Source of the DNA: an uncultured Alphaproteobacteria bacterium
Lineage (GTDB): Bacteria > Pseudomonadota > Alphaproteobacteria > MPNO01 > DASWLB01
DNA: 64,000 nt
Direction of reading: 5' to 3'
Assembly: GCA_963826605.1 (NCBI GenBank)
Contig: CAWGXN010000001.1
Coordinates: forward strand, 1,769,440-1,833,439
Shown: piece by piece, positions 10,297-19,202 of the stretch
Numbering within the stretch: position 1 is the stretch's first letter
Layout: each line of letters opens with the position of its first letter
Translations under genes and position numbers: made by a program
The notes under the pieces: model-generated
Told to the model about the DNA's origin: nothing
Databases searched by the model: none
What the model saw: only the letters and a program-made list of their open reading frames with translations

Positions 10297-10321
10297 AACG
10301 GAAGGAATGTTGAGCCGTTCC
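10297..10321 (-). promoter_or_regulatory. sigma-EcfG-type promoter (GGAAC-N16-CGTT) upstream of the Mn-catalase
   Basis: The minus-strand sense reads GGAAC-ggctcaacattccttc-CGTT, an exact match to the alphaproteobacterial general stress promoter consensus. It lies 36 nt upstream of ATG 10260, and GGAAGGAG lies between them. Confidence 0.6.
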
Positions 10322-10336
10322 AGCCTGGAAAAGCGA

Positions 10337-10643
10337 TCACAGCACTGACGGTTCGAGCCGCGCGATCTCGTCGCGCGCCTGCTCGATGCGGTCGCGGTGG
10401 AATCCGACCAGCGGATACTCGGCGCCGTGCGCGAGGCTCACCAGCGCGTTGGCGCGGTCGAGCGCCTCGCGGCCGGCCCCGCCCGCGCGGTACGCCTCGA
10501 TCATGGCGTTGCGCCAGGCGACGATGCAGCGCACCGCCTCGGCGATCTCGGCAAAGGCGATGTCCTTCGAATTCCTTCTCCAGCATCCGGTCGATGCGCT
10601 CGAGCGCAATGCGCGCAGCGGCGGTGGCATCGGGCGCGGTCAC
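10337..10643 (-). pseudogene. small helical hypothetical protein, last gene of the FDH-like operon, apparent +1 frameshift
   Basis: GTG 10643 overlaps the NrfD-like stop (GTGA). VTAPDATAAARIALERIDRMLEKEF continues in another frame as KDIAFAEIAEAVRCIVAWRNAMIEAY... The shift lies near 10565-10572. Length is 1 mod 3. Confidence 0.45.
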
Positions 10644-11530
10644 GGCGCCTTCCCGGGCGCCGGCTGCGCCGCGGCGAAATAGTCCTCCGGCCGCTCGGCC
10701 GATCGCTGGCCGGCGCGCACTAGGGCGGCGCGGCCGATGGCCCCGCCCGCGATCAGCGACGCCGCGCCGAGCAGCGCAAGAGCCGGACGGCGCCGTCCGC
10801 CCAGCCGATAGGCGGCGTAGGCGGCGAGCGGCACCGCGCCCCCGAGCGCCAGCGACGCCGCCGACGGGTCGCGCCGCCAGGTCGCGACAAGATGGCCGCC
10901 GGCCGCCACCAGGGCGACGGTGTCGAGCCGGTCGGCCATGGCGTCCCGCCCGCCCAGGCGCTCGCCGATCGCGAGGGCGGCCGCCGCGCTTGCCACCGAC
11001 TCGGTGGCGAAGCGCGCCCCGAGCGCCGCCGGGTCCGCCGACCAGGCGGGGGTGCTGGTCGCCGCGAGCAGGCTGGCCGTGTAGGTGCCGAGCCCGGCCC
11101 CGGCCAGCCCCGCCGGGACCTGCGCCGCGTCGGCGACACGCCCGGCCGTGCGGCCGAGGGGCAGCGCGCCGAGCAGCGTAGCGCCCGTGGCGAGCCCGAA
11201 GGTCGACAGGATGTACGTGCCGATCGACATCGGCGAGGTGGCACGGAAGATGCGCAGCATGTTGTACCAGCGGCGCTTGGTGCCGAGATCGGCGATCAGA
11301 AGCGCTGCGCCGGCCAGCGCGCCGCCGGCGGCCAGCACCCGCGCGTTCCGCACCAGCGCCCGCGAGCCCTCCGGGTCGGCGAAGCGCGCGCAGGCCGCGA
11401 CCATCTGCGCCCCGCCCGCCATGCCCGACGCCGATATGTAGGCCGCGACGTACCATTTCCACGGCGCCGGCTTGAGGGCCGCGCGGCCGTAATAGGTCTC
11501 GCCTTGCCATTCTCGACCCATCGCCGTCAT
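10640..11530 (-). CDS. NrfD/PsrC-family integral membrane subunit of the molybdopterin oxidoreductase
   Basis: ATG 11530 overlaps the beta-subunit TGA (ATGA). Its 296 aa consist almost entirely of hydrophobic helices (..WKWYVAAYISASGMAGGAQ.., ..MSIGTYILSTFGLATG..). Confidence 0.75.
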   Translation of the reverse strand: MTAMGREWQGETYYGRAALKPAPWKWYVAAYISASGMAGGAQMVAACARFADPEGSRALVRNARVLAAGGALAGAALLIADLGTKRRWYNMLRIFRATSPMSIGTYILSTFGLATGATLLGALPLGRTAGRVADAAQVPAGLAGAGLGTYTASLLAATSTPAWSADPAALGARFATESVASAAAALAIGERLGGRDAMADRLDTVALVAAGGHLVATWRRDPSAASLALGGAVPLAAYAAYRLGGRRRPALALLGAASLIAGGAIGRAALVRAGQRSAERPEDYFAAAQPAPGKAP

Positions 11531-12388
11531 CGGTCGTGCCGTCCCGCCCGGAACAGGGCGAATGCCGCGACGGCGAGCCCGGCCATCGCGGCGAGGCCGG
11601 TGCCGAGCGCGGGCGCGACGCGCCGGGCCGGCCGGCTGGGCGCGGCGGGCAGGTTGTAGGTCTCCGGGCGGTCGCGCAGCAGGAAGAACGCGTTCAGCCG
11701 GTCGAGGCCGCCGGTCGCCCCCGGCGTTCCCGGCGCGCCGTAAAGATACGCGTCGGCCACGCCGCGCGCGTGCAGGTCGGCGACGCGCCGCTCGGCGATA
11801 CGGTCGAGGTCGTCGAGCCGGCCGAACCGGATCGAGTTCGGTCGGGCACGCCTTGGCGCAGGCGGGCTCCATCCCGCCCTTCAGCCGGTCGTAGCACAGC
11901 GTGCATTTGTGCGCCTTGCCGTCCAGCGTATCCAGCGCGACCACCCCGAACGGGCAGGCCGGGACGCAGTAGCCGCAGCCGTTGCAGATGTCCTGCTGCA
12001 CCACGACCGTGTCGAACTCGGTGCGGAAGATCGCGCCCGTCGGGCACGCCTCCAGGCAGGGGGCGTTGGCGCAGTGCTTGCACACGTCGCTCATCATCAG
12101 CCACTGGCTCTGGAAGCCCTCCATGTCGGTGGGGCGGGCGCCGTCCGCCGCCATCTTCTCGATGAAGGCGACATGGCGCCAGGTGGTGGCCGACAGCGCC
12201 TCGGTGTTGTCGTAGCTCATGCCGGTGAGGCCGCCCTCCTCCGCCGGAAGCTGGTTCCATTCCTTGCACGCCACCTCGCACGCCTTGCAGCCGATGCACA
12301 GCGTCGTGTCGGTGAAGAAGCCGTAGCGCTCGCCCGGCACGATCTTCGTGCCGGCCGTCAGCTCCGCCTCCTGGTGCTGATCAACCAT
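11527..12388 (-). pseudogene. 4Fe-4S ferredoxin-type beta subunit (FdnH/HybA-like), apparent +1 frameshift
   Basis: Four Cys clusters (CIGCKACEVACK, CKHCANAPCLEACP, CNGCGYCVPACP, CTLC..CAKACPT). After ACPT the protein continues in another frame as NSIRFGRLDDLDRIAERRVADLHARGV...AMAGLAVAAFALF (C-terminal TM helix). The shift lies near 11836-11848. Confidence 0.8.
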
Positions 12389-12410
12389 TTTGCCTCGCTC
12401 TGCCTACGAG

Positions 12411-12490
12411 CGTCATTGCGAGCGGAGCGAAGCAATCCAGGTGGCCGCAACCGCCTGGATTGCTTCGTCGCTGCGCTCCTCGCAATGACG
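12411..12490. repeat. REP/RIME-like imperfect palindrome (cgtcattgcgag...ctcgcaatgacg)
   Basis: It has a 12-bp outer and a 13-bp inner perfect stem (gaagcaatccagg / cctggattgcttc) around an asymmetric internal loop. A second copy with the same arms is at 20189-20270. It lies between the FDH alpha stop and the beta start. Confidence 0.85.
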
Positions 12491-12508
12491 GCGAAAGGTC
12501 ATCGGCAT

Positions 12509-15500
12509 CTATCCACGCCTTTCCCGGCTGCGGCGCAGGCGGCCGCGGCGCACCTGGCAGGTCAGCGCCTTGTTCTCGTGCATCGAGGTGTTGGGGTCGC
12601 CGACGATGGCGGTCAGAACGTTGGCGATGTCGCCGGTGGCGTAGCCCTGCCAGCCGAAATGCCAAGGGAGCCCGACCTGGAAAATGCGCCGCCCGTCGAT
12701 GGCGAAGGGGCGCAGCCGGCGCGTGACCAGCGCCTTGGTCTCGATCTCGCCGCGCGCCGTCGAGACGACGATCCAGTCGAGATTGGCGACTCCGAGCGCA
12801 ACGGCGAGTTCCGGCGGGAGCTCGGCGAACCCCTCGGGCTGCAGCTCGGCGGTGTGCGCCACGCCGCGGGTGGGGGTGCCGCCGGAATGGTGCTCGGTCA
12901 AACGATAGGTGGTGAGGACGTGCGGATAGCGCGGATCGCCCGCCGCATGCAGCTTATTGTCGTCGCGCGCCCACATCTTGGCGACCGGGCTCGCCTGCTG
13001 CGCGTAGAGCGCGTTGGCCGTGGGCGACTCGATCGGCTCGTAATGGGTGGGCAGCGGCCCGTCCTTCAGGCCGGACGGGGTGAAGATGGCGCCATGGCCG
13101 TCCGCCATCATGATGAAGGGCGCGTCGCCCGGGTGCGCGTCGGTCCCCTTGGGGCGCTTCGACCAGTCGGGCCGGTAGTCGGGCCGCTTGGAGGGTTCGA
13201 AATCCACCGAGTTGGGGCTTTGCCACTTGCCCTCGGCCTCATCCCACCAGACGAGCCGCTTGCGCTCCGACCACGGCTTGCCGGCGGGGTCGGCCGAGGC
13301 GCGGTTGTAGATGGTGCGCCGGTTGGCCGGCCAGGCGAAGGCCCATCCCAGATGCGTGCCCGGCCCGTCCGGCCCGTCGGCCTCGCGGGCGCGCGACTTG
13401 TTGGTGTCGGCGTCGGGATAGACGCCCGAATAGAGCCAGGCGCCGCATGCGGTCGAGCCGTCGTCCTTCAGCTCCTGGAAGGACGAGACCTGCTTCTTGT
13501 CCGGCCAGCTATAGCCGTTGATCTCCTTCAGCACGTCGTCGGCCGAGGGCTCGGCGCGCGGGCCGTGCTCGGCGTAGTCGAGGGTGAGGTTCTGGATGGG
13601 CGCGTCGCGTGTCTCGGTCGAGTCCGCATAGAGCGCCTTCAGCCGCTTCGCGAGGTGGTACATGAACCACAGCTCGGAGCGGGAATCTCCCGGCCCGTCG
13701 ACCACCTTGTCGTGCCACTGGATCAGGCGGTGGGTGTTGGTGAAGGTGCCGGCCTTTTCGCCCGCCAGCTCGGCCGGCATCAGGAAGATCTCGGTGCCGA
13801 TGTCGGCCGGCGTGCGTTCGCCCGATCGCACCAGCCGGCCCTTGCGCCAGAAATTGGCGCTCTCCGTCTCGGCCGTGTCGCGCACCACCAGCCAGTCGAG
13901 CGTGCCCAGCCCGCGCTCGACCAGCTCCGAGTTGCTGCCGCCGATCACCGGGTTCTGGCCCAGCAGGAACAATCCGCGGATCAGCCCGTCGGCCATCGCG
14001 AAGGTCATGGGAAGCTGGGAATGGTCGCCGGCGATCTTGGGCAGCCAGTGGAAACCCCACTGGTTGTCCGGCCCGGCATGCGCGCCGTACCAGGCGCGCA
14101 GCAGGCTGGTCATGTATTTCGGGAAGTTGTGCCACCAGCCCGTCGGCACCGTCTCGTCCTTCAGGAACTCGGCGTAATCCCTCGCCTCCGGCTTGAAGGC
14201 GTTGGGCTGCGGCAGGTAGCTCGGCAGCATGTTGTAGAGCGTCGGGATGTCGGTCGAGCCCTGGATGGAGCAATGGCCGCGCAGCGCCAGGATGCCGCCG
14301 CCGGGCCGGCCGATATTGCCCAAAAGCGACTGGATGATCGCGGCGGCACGGATGATCTGCACGCCGGTCGAATGGTGGGTCCAGCCGACGGCGTAGCAGA
14401 TGGCGCCCGTCTTCTCGCGCCCCGACGCGGCGGCGAGCGCCTGGCAGACCTTCTCGAACGTCTCCTTCGGGCAGCCGGTGATGCGCTCCACCGCCTCGGG
14501 CGTATAGGCGGCATAGTGGCGCTTCACGATCTGGTAGACGCAATAAGGATGCTGGAGCGTCAGGTCCTGGGGCGGCGGCTCCTCCTCCAGCTTCTGCGAC
14601 ATCGAGGAGAACGACTCGGCCGTGTTCACGTAATGCTCGGACAGGGCCGACGGAACCACCAGCCCCTCATACTGCCAGCTATCGAACTGGTAGGCCTGCT
14701 TCTCCTCGTGCCAGCCGGAGAACCGGCCCCCGCCCTCCTCCGGCCCGCGATACGAGGGCTCGATGATGGTGGCGATGTTGGTGTAGTGCAGGGCGTAGTC
14801 GCGGAACCACAGGTCGTTCTCGATCAAATAGCGGATGATCCCGCCGAGGAAGGCGATGTCCGTGCCGGCGCGCAACGGCGCGTAGATGTCGGCAAGCGCC
14901 GAGGTGCGGGTGAAGCGCGGGTCCGCGTGGATCACCGCCGCGCCTTTCTCCTTCGCCTGCATGACGAAGCGGAACGCGATCGGATGGTTTTCCGCCATGT
15001 TGGAGCCCATCACCAGCACGCAGTCGGATTTGGCGAGGTCCCATTGCGGCAAGGTGGCGGCACCGCGGCCGAACGAGGCGCCCAAACTGGGCACCGAGGA
15101 GGAGTGTCAAACCCTGGCCTGGTTTTCGATCCACACCGCGCCGAGACCGCCGGAGAACACTTTCTTGATAAGGTAGTTCTCCTCGTTATCGAGGGTGGCG
15201 CCGCCCAGCGCGGCAAGGCCCAGCGTGTGGTTGACGACCGTGCCGTCCGGCAGGCGCTCCGCGAAGGTCTCGTCGCGCGTCCGCTTGGCAAGGAATGCGA
15301 TGCGGTCCATCGCCCAGTCGAGCGGCCGCTCCTCCCACCGGTCGGAATAGGGCGCGCGGTACTTCACCTTGGTCAGCCGGTCGGGGCTCGCCATCAGCCC
15401 GAAGGTCGCCGCGCCCTTGGGGCAGAGCGTGCCCCGGTTGATCGGGCTTGCCGGATCGCCCTCCACCTGGATCACCTGCCCGTCCTTGGCGTAGATGCGC

Positions 15501-15700
15501 TGGGCGCAGCCGACGGCGCAGTAGGGGCAGATGGAGGTGCCCACCGCGTCGGCCTGTTCGGTGCGCGGGCGCAGCCGCTCGGACGCGCGGCTACGCGCCG
15601 CCGCGCCCTTGGCGCTCGCCCCCGCGAGCTGGCGGGGCAGCGACCAGTCGGCGCGGAAGGCGGCAAGGCGCCGGGCGGGGGTGCGGCGGTTCAGCGTCAT
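12509..15700 (-). CDS. molybdopterin oxidoreductase catalytic subunit, formate dehydrogenase alpha-like, selenocysteine-containing (in-frame TGA at 15107-15109)
   Basis: ORFs 15107..15700 and 12509..15094 are in the same frame. The junction reads IENQARV-TGA-HSSSVPSLGASFGRGA, matching the FdnG/FdoG Sec motif (..NQARVUHG..FGRGA). The N-terminal CPYCAVGC is a 4Fe-4S motif. About 1063 aa. Confidence 0.85.
15077..15095 (-). promoter_or_regulatory. SECIS-like hairpin downstream of the UGA codon
   Basis: RNA 5'-GGUGCCCAGUUUGGGCGCC-3' forms a 7-8 bp stem with a GUU/AGUUU apical loop. It starts 11 nt after the UGA. Confidence 0.5.
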
Positions 15701-15942
15701 CGGCGGAGTCTCCGGTTCGACAAGCCTGCATCGCTTATGTCATGGGCGAGCCCGGCGATGCGGCCGGGCGCGTCCTCGTAGCGCACCCGCACGCGTGCCG
15801 ACGAGGCCGCCAGCGGCTCGAGGTCCTGCGGCTCGAGCGGCGCCGCATGCGAAAGAACGAACAGGTCGGACGTGCCGTCCTCGCGGCTCAGCCGGAAGCG
15901 CCCTTCCTGCACGACGGTGATCCGGCCGACCGCGGATTTCAT
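15697..15942 (-). CDS. small hypothetical protein (81 aa) translationally coupled to the FDH alpha subunit
   Basis: Its stop TGA overlaps the alpha-subunit ATG (ATGA at 15697-15700). I recognise no motif. Confidence 0.45.
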   Translation of the reverse strand: MKSAVGRITVVQEGRFRLSREDGTSDLFVLSHAAPLEPQDLEPLAASSARVRVRYEDAPGRIAGLAHDISDAGLSNRRLRR

Positions 15943-15990
15943 GCCTGTTGAACGTGGCGGCGCGCGCGCGGGTTCCAGGGGCGGCCGCGG

Positions 15991-17094
15991 TCACGGTGCC
16001 GCAGCGGGGAACAGCGCGGCGACCGCGGTTTCGCCCACCGTCAGCCCGCGGCAGCGCGCCCGGCGCACGATCAGCGCCGCCAGCTCGTCCTGCTCGAACG
16101 CGTCGACAAGGCGCTGGTGGACGTAGCTCTTGCGGGTGACCGCCGGGGTGTTGGCCAGCATCTCCGCCACCTCGCGCAGCACGCCCGCGACCTGGCGCCT
16201 GCGCGCCGTGGCGCTGGGGCCGCGCGCGAGCGAGGCGAGCTTTTCGGCCGCGGCGGCGGTCGCGGCCAGCGTGCGGAAGTCCTTCGCCGTGACCTGCTCG
16301 CCCGCCAGCTCGTGCAAATAGGCGTTGGCATCGGCGGCGGTCACGTCGCGCAGCCGGCCAGCTCCGTCGCGATAGCGGAACAGCCGCGTCCCGGGCAGGC
16401 GCTGCAGCGCACGTATGGTCCGGGCCAGCGCCGGTGCCCGCACGGCACACTCGATCGTGCGCCCGCCCTTGCCGCGGAAGGCGAGCGCCAACCGGTCGCC
16501 CGAGACGCGCACGTTGCGCTTCAGCAGCGTCGCCGCCCCGCGGCTGCGCCCGGTGTGAACGTAGTCCTCGCAGCCGACGCGCACATGGGTCTTGTCGATC
16601 AGGGCCACGATTGCGGCGAGCGCGCGGCGGCGGTCGAGATCGGGCCGGCGCAAATCCCGCGCCACGGTCCGGCGGATGCGCGGCAGGGCGGCGCACAGCG
16701 CGCCCAGCCGCTCGGTCTTGCGCGCCTCGCGTATCGTGTCCCAGCTCGGATGGTAGCGGTACTGGGTGCGACCGGCCGCGTCCCGTCCGACGGCCTGGAG
16801 GTGGGCGTCAGCGTCGCGCGCGATCTGCACGTCCTCGTAGGCGGGCGGCACAGCCAGGCTGCGGATGCGCGCCAGCGTCTCGCGGTCGCGCACCCGCTGT
16901 CCGTTCTCGTCGACATAGACGAAGCCGCGCCCGGACCGGCGGCGCCGCAGCACCAGCGCGTCCGGCCCCACTTTGCGCAGCCCGGCCCCGATGCGCGTGC
17001 CCGTCACGCGTGCGCCCTCGTCGTGGATGGTCCGCCCATCAACGGCCGGCGGGGCGGCGCGTTCCCGCCGCGCGCCCCGTGGCGCACCGGACAT
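15991..17094 (-). CDS. DNA topoisomerase IB (bacterial, poxvirus-like)
   Basis: ATG 17094 inside a longer ORF. It contains ..FVYVDENGQRV.., ..GRTQYRYHPSW.., ..AFRGKGG.. and the C-terminal ANTPAVTRKSYVH with the catalytic Tyr context. Confidence 0.85.
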   Translation of the reverse strand: MSGAPRGARRERAAPPAVDGRTIHDEGARVTGTRIGAGLRKVGPDALVLRRRRSGRGFVYVDENGQRVRDRETLARIRSLAVPPAYEDVQIARDADAHLQAVGRDAAGRTQYRYHPSWDTIREARKTERLGALCAALPRIRRTVARDLRRPDLDRRRALAAIVALIDKTHVRVGCEDYVHTGRSRGAATLLKRNVRVSGDRLALAFRGKGGRTIECAVRAPALARTIRALQRLPGTRLFRYRDGAGRLRDVTAADANAYLHELAGEQVTAKDFRTLAATAAAAEKLASLARGPSATARRRQVAGVLREVAEMLANTPAVTRKSYVHQRLVDAFEQDELAALIVRRARCRGLTVGETAVAALFPAAAP

Positions 17095-17145
17095 GGGCTG
17101 TTCGACACCGGGCGAAACGCGAATATAGTGGTGGGGGAGGTGGCG

Positions 17146-18204
17146 ATGCAGTTCGGCCTGAACTTCTTTCCGTGTCTCGATCCGGCAGTGAAGCCGGCCG
17201 CGCAGTATTTCCGCGAGGCGATGCACCTGATCGGGCTCGCCGACGCGCTCGGCTACGTCCATATCCGCCAGGTCGAGCACTATTTCACGTCCTATGGCGG
17301 CTACAGCCCCAACCCCATCGTGTTTCTCGCCGCCGCCGCCCAGCACACCCGGAAGGCGCGGCTCGTGACGGGCGCGGTGCTGCCCGCCTTCAACAACCCC
17401 CTCAAGCTCGCCGGCGAGCTCGCCATGCTCGACGGCATCAGCGGCGGCCGGCTCGACGCCGGCTTCGCCCGCGCCTTCCTGCCGCACGAGTTCGAGACGT
17501 TCGGGGTGAGCCTCGACGAGAGCCGCGCCCGCTTCGCCGAGGGGCTCGAGCAGGTGCGCCTGCTGCTGGCCGAGGAGAACGTGACGCACGAGGGCCGCTT
17601 CCACAGCTTCCGCAACGTGACCTCCTTCCCGCGCCCGACCCAGACGCCGCACCCGCCCTTCTGGGTCGCCGCCACGGGCACGCCGCAGACCTTCGAGGAA
17701 ACCGGCCGCGCCGGCCATTCCATCATGACTATCCCGCTGGAGCCGACGCGCATGCGCGAGCTGTTCGGCCTGTATCGCGAGGCGTGGCGGTCGGCGGGCC
17801 ACCCCGGCAACGGCAGGATCATGGGCAACTTCATCATGTGCTGCCTGCCCTCGCGCGAGGAGGCCTACGAGCTGGCGCGCGAGCCGACCAACGGACATCT
17901 CCGCGGCGTCGAGAGGGCGGCCGCGGGCTGGCTGAAAGGGGCGAGCACCAAGGACTATCCCGGCTATGACCGCATGATCGCCGCGATCAGCAAGGAGACG
18001 TTCGAGGACCAGGTGGCCAAGGGGGTCGGGCTCGTCGGCACGCCCAAGGACGTGATCGAGATGGTGCGCGCCTACGCCAACGACGTGGGCGGGCTGGACA
18101 GCGCCTCGCTGCACATCGTGCCCTCCACCATGCCGGCCGACGTCGCCGAACGCTCGATGCGCCATTTCGCGGCCGAGGCCATGCCCGCCCTCGCGTCGGT
18201 CTAG
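17146..18204 (+). CDS. LLM-class (luciferase-like) flavin-dependent oxidoreductase
   Basis: ATG 17146: MQFGLNFFP.. The TIM-barrel luciferase-like sequence extends throughout. The upstream part of ORF 16117.. is antisense to the topoisomerase IB gene. Confidence 0.85.
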   Translation: MQFGLNFFPCLDPAVKPAAQYFREAMHLIGLADALGYVHIRQVEHYFTSYGGYSPNPIVFLAAAAQHTRKARLVTGAVLPAFNNPLKLAGELAMLDGISGGRLDAGFARAFLPHEFETFGVSLDESRARFAEGLEQVRLLLAEENVTHEGRFHSFRNVTSFPRPTQTPHPPFWVAATGTPQTFEETGRAGHSIMTIPLEPTRMRELFGLYREAWRSAGHPGNGRIMGNFIMCCLPSREEAYELAREPTNGHLRGVERAAAGWLKGASTKDYPGYDRMIAAISKETFEDQVAKGVGLVGTPKDVIEMVRAYANDVGGLDSASLHIVPSTMPADVAERSMRHFAAEAMPALASV

Positions 18205-18307
18205 CGCCGGCGCGGCCGGGCGCCGGTCGTTAGTCCCCGAAGGATTTTTCCGGCGGTCCTTGACCTCCGTCACGCGGCCACTCACACTGCCCGCGGGAGG
18301 CCGGCAC

Positions 18308-19192
18308 GTGAACACCACCGCGATACGCCACACCCCCTCGGCGCGCGTCGGGACCGAGGCGGCAGCGAGCAAGATCGTCCTGCGCGGCGTCCGGAAGCGC
18401 TTCTATGTGCGCCGCCGGCCGGTCGAGGCGCTGGCCGGCATCGATTTGGACATCCGGGCGGGCGAGTTCTTCTGCATCGTCGGCCCGTCCGGCTGCGGCA
18501 AGACGACGTTGCTGCGCGTCCTCGCCGGGCTGGAGAGCCGGACCGCCGGCTCGATCGAGGTCGCGCGCGACGAGGCCGTCGGCGCGGCCGCCCGGCCGCT
18601 GAACAGCATGGTGTTCCAGGAGCAGAGCATCTTTCCCTGGAAGACCGTACGCGACAACGTGGCGTTCGGGCTGAAGGCGCGCGGCTTTCCCCGGCGCGAG
18701 CGCATCGGCATCGCCGATGCCTACATCCGCAAGGTCGGGCTCGCCGGCTTCGAGGACGCGCTGCCCCATCAGCTCTCGGGCGGAATGAAGCAGCGCGTCT
18801 CGATCGCGCGCGCCTTCGCCAACGATCCCGAGATCCTGCTGATGGACGAGCCGTTCGCCGCGCTCGACGAGCAGACCAAGCTGGTGCTGCAGGCCGAGCT
18901 CCTGCGCATCTGGGAGGAGCTGCGCAAGACGGTGGTCTACGTCACCCACTCGATCGACGAGGCCATCGTGCTGGCCGACCGCATCCTGGTGATGACGGCC
19001 AGACCCGGCCGGATCAAGGACATCATCGACGTGGGCGCCGTGTTCGACCGGCCGCGCCACGTCGACGCCGTCAAGTCGAGCGCGCGCTATGGCGAGCTGT
19101 TCGGCCGCGTCTGGGGACTGCTGCGCGACGAGGTGGCGGCGGCCCGCGCCGCCGAGGACGAAGCCGCCCGCCGGCGCGAATCCGCGCAGTGA
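18308..19192 (+). CDS. ABC transporter ATP-binding protein (NitT/TauT family)
   Basis: GTG 18308 is preceded by GGGAGG at -13..-8. Walker A GPSGCGKTT, signature LSGGMKQR, Walker B ILLMDEP. An earlier TTG at 18260 is possible. Confidence 0.85.
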   Translation: MNTTAIRHTPSARVGTEAAASKIVLRGVRKRFYVRRRPVEALAGIDLDIRAGEFFCIVGPSGCGKTTLLRVLAGLESRTAGSIEVARDEAVGAAARPLNSMVFQEQSIFPWKTVRDNVAFGLKARGFPRRERIGIADAYIRKVGLAGFEDALPHQLSGGMKQRVSIARAFANDPEILLMDEPFAALDEQTKLVLQAELLRIWEELRKTVVYVTHSIDEAIVLADRILVMTARPGRIKDIIDVGAVFDRPRHVDAVKSSARYGELFGRVWGLLRDEVAAARAAEDEAARRRESAQ

Positions 19193-19202
19193 AAGCGACG
19201 CC

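Noticed and set aside
15107-15109. TGA read as a genuine stop that splits the FDH alpha subunit into two genes
   Set aside because: Both parts are in the same frame. The flanking residues match the conserved Sec-site motif, and a hairpin follows at the SECIS position.
11909-15781. 1290-aa ORF on the plus strand
   Set aside because: It is antisense to the well-supported FDH alpha and beta genes. The composition is Arg/Gly/Ala/Pro-rich and low-complexity with no motifs. This is a typical high-GC shadow ORF.
16117-17145. N-terminal 343-codon extension of the LLM oxidoreductase ORF
   Set aside because: It is antisense to the topoisomerase IB gene. The recognisable LLM protein begins at MQFGLNFFP (17146).
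18208-18230. Hairpin ccggcgc-ggccgg-gcgccgg after the LLM gene, considered as an intrinsic terminator
   Set aside because: It has a 7-bp GC stem but no following T-tract, and the next gene starts within 80 nt on the same strand.
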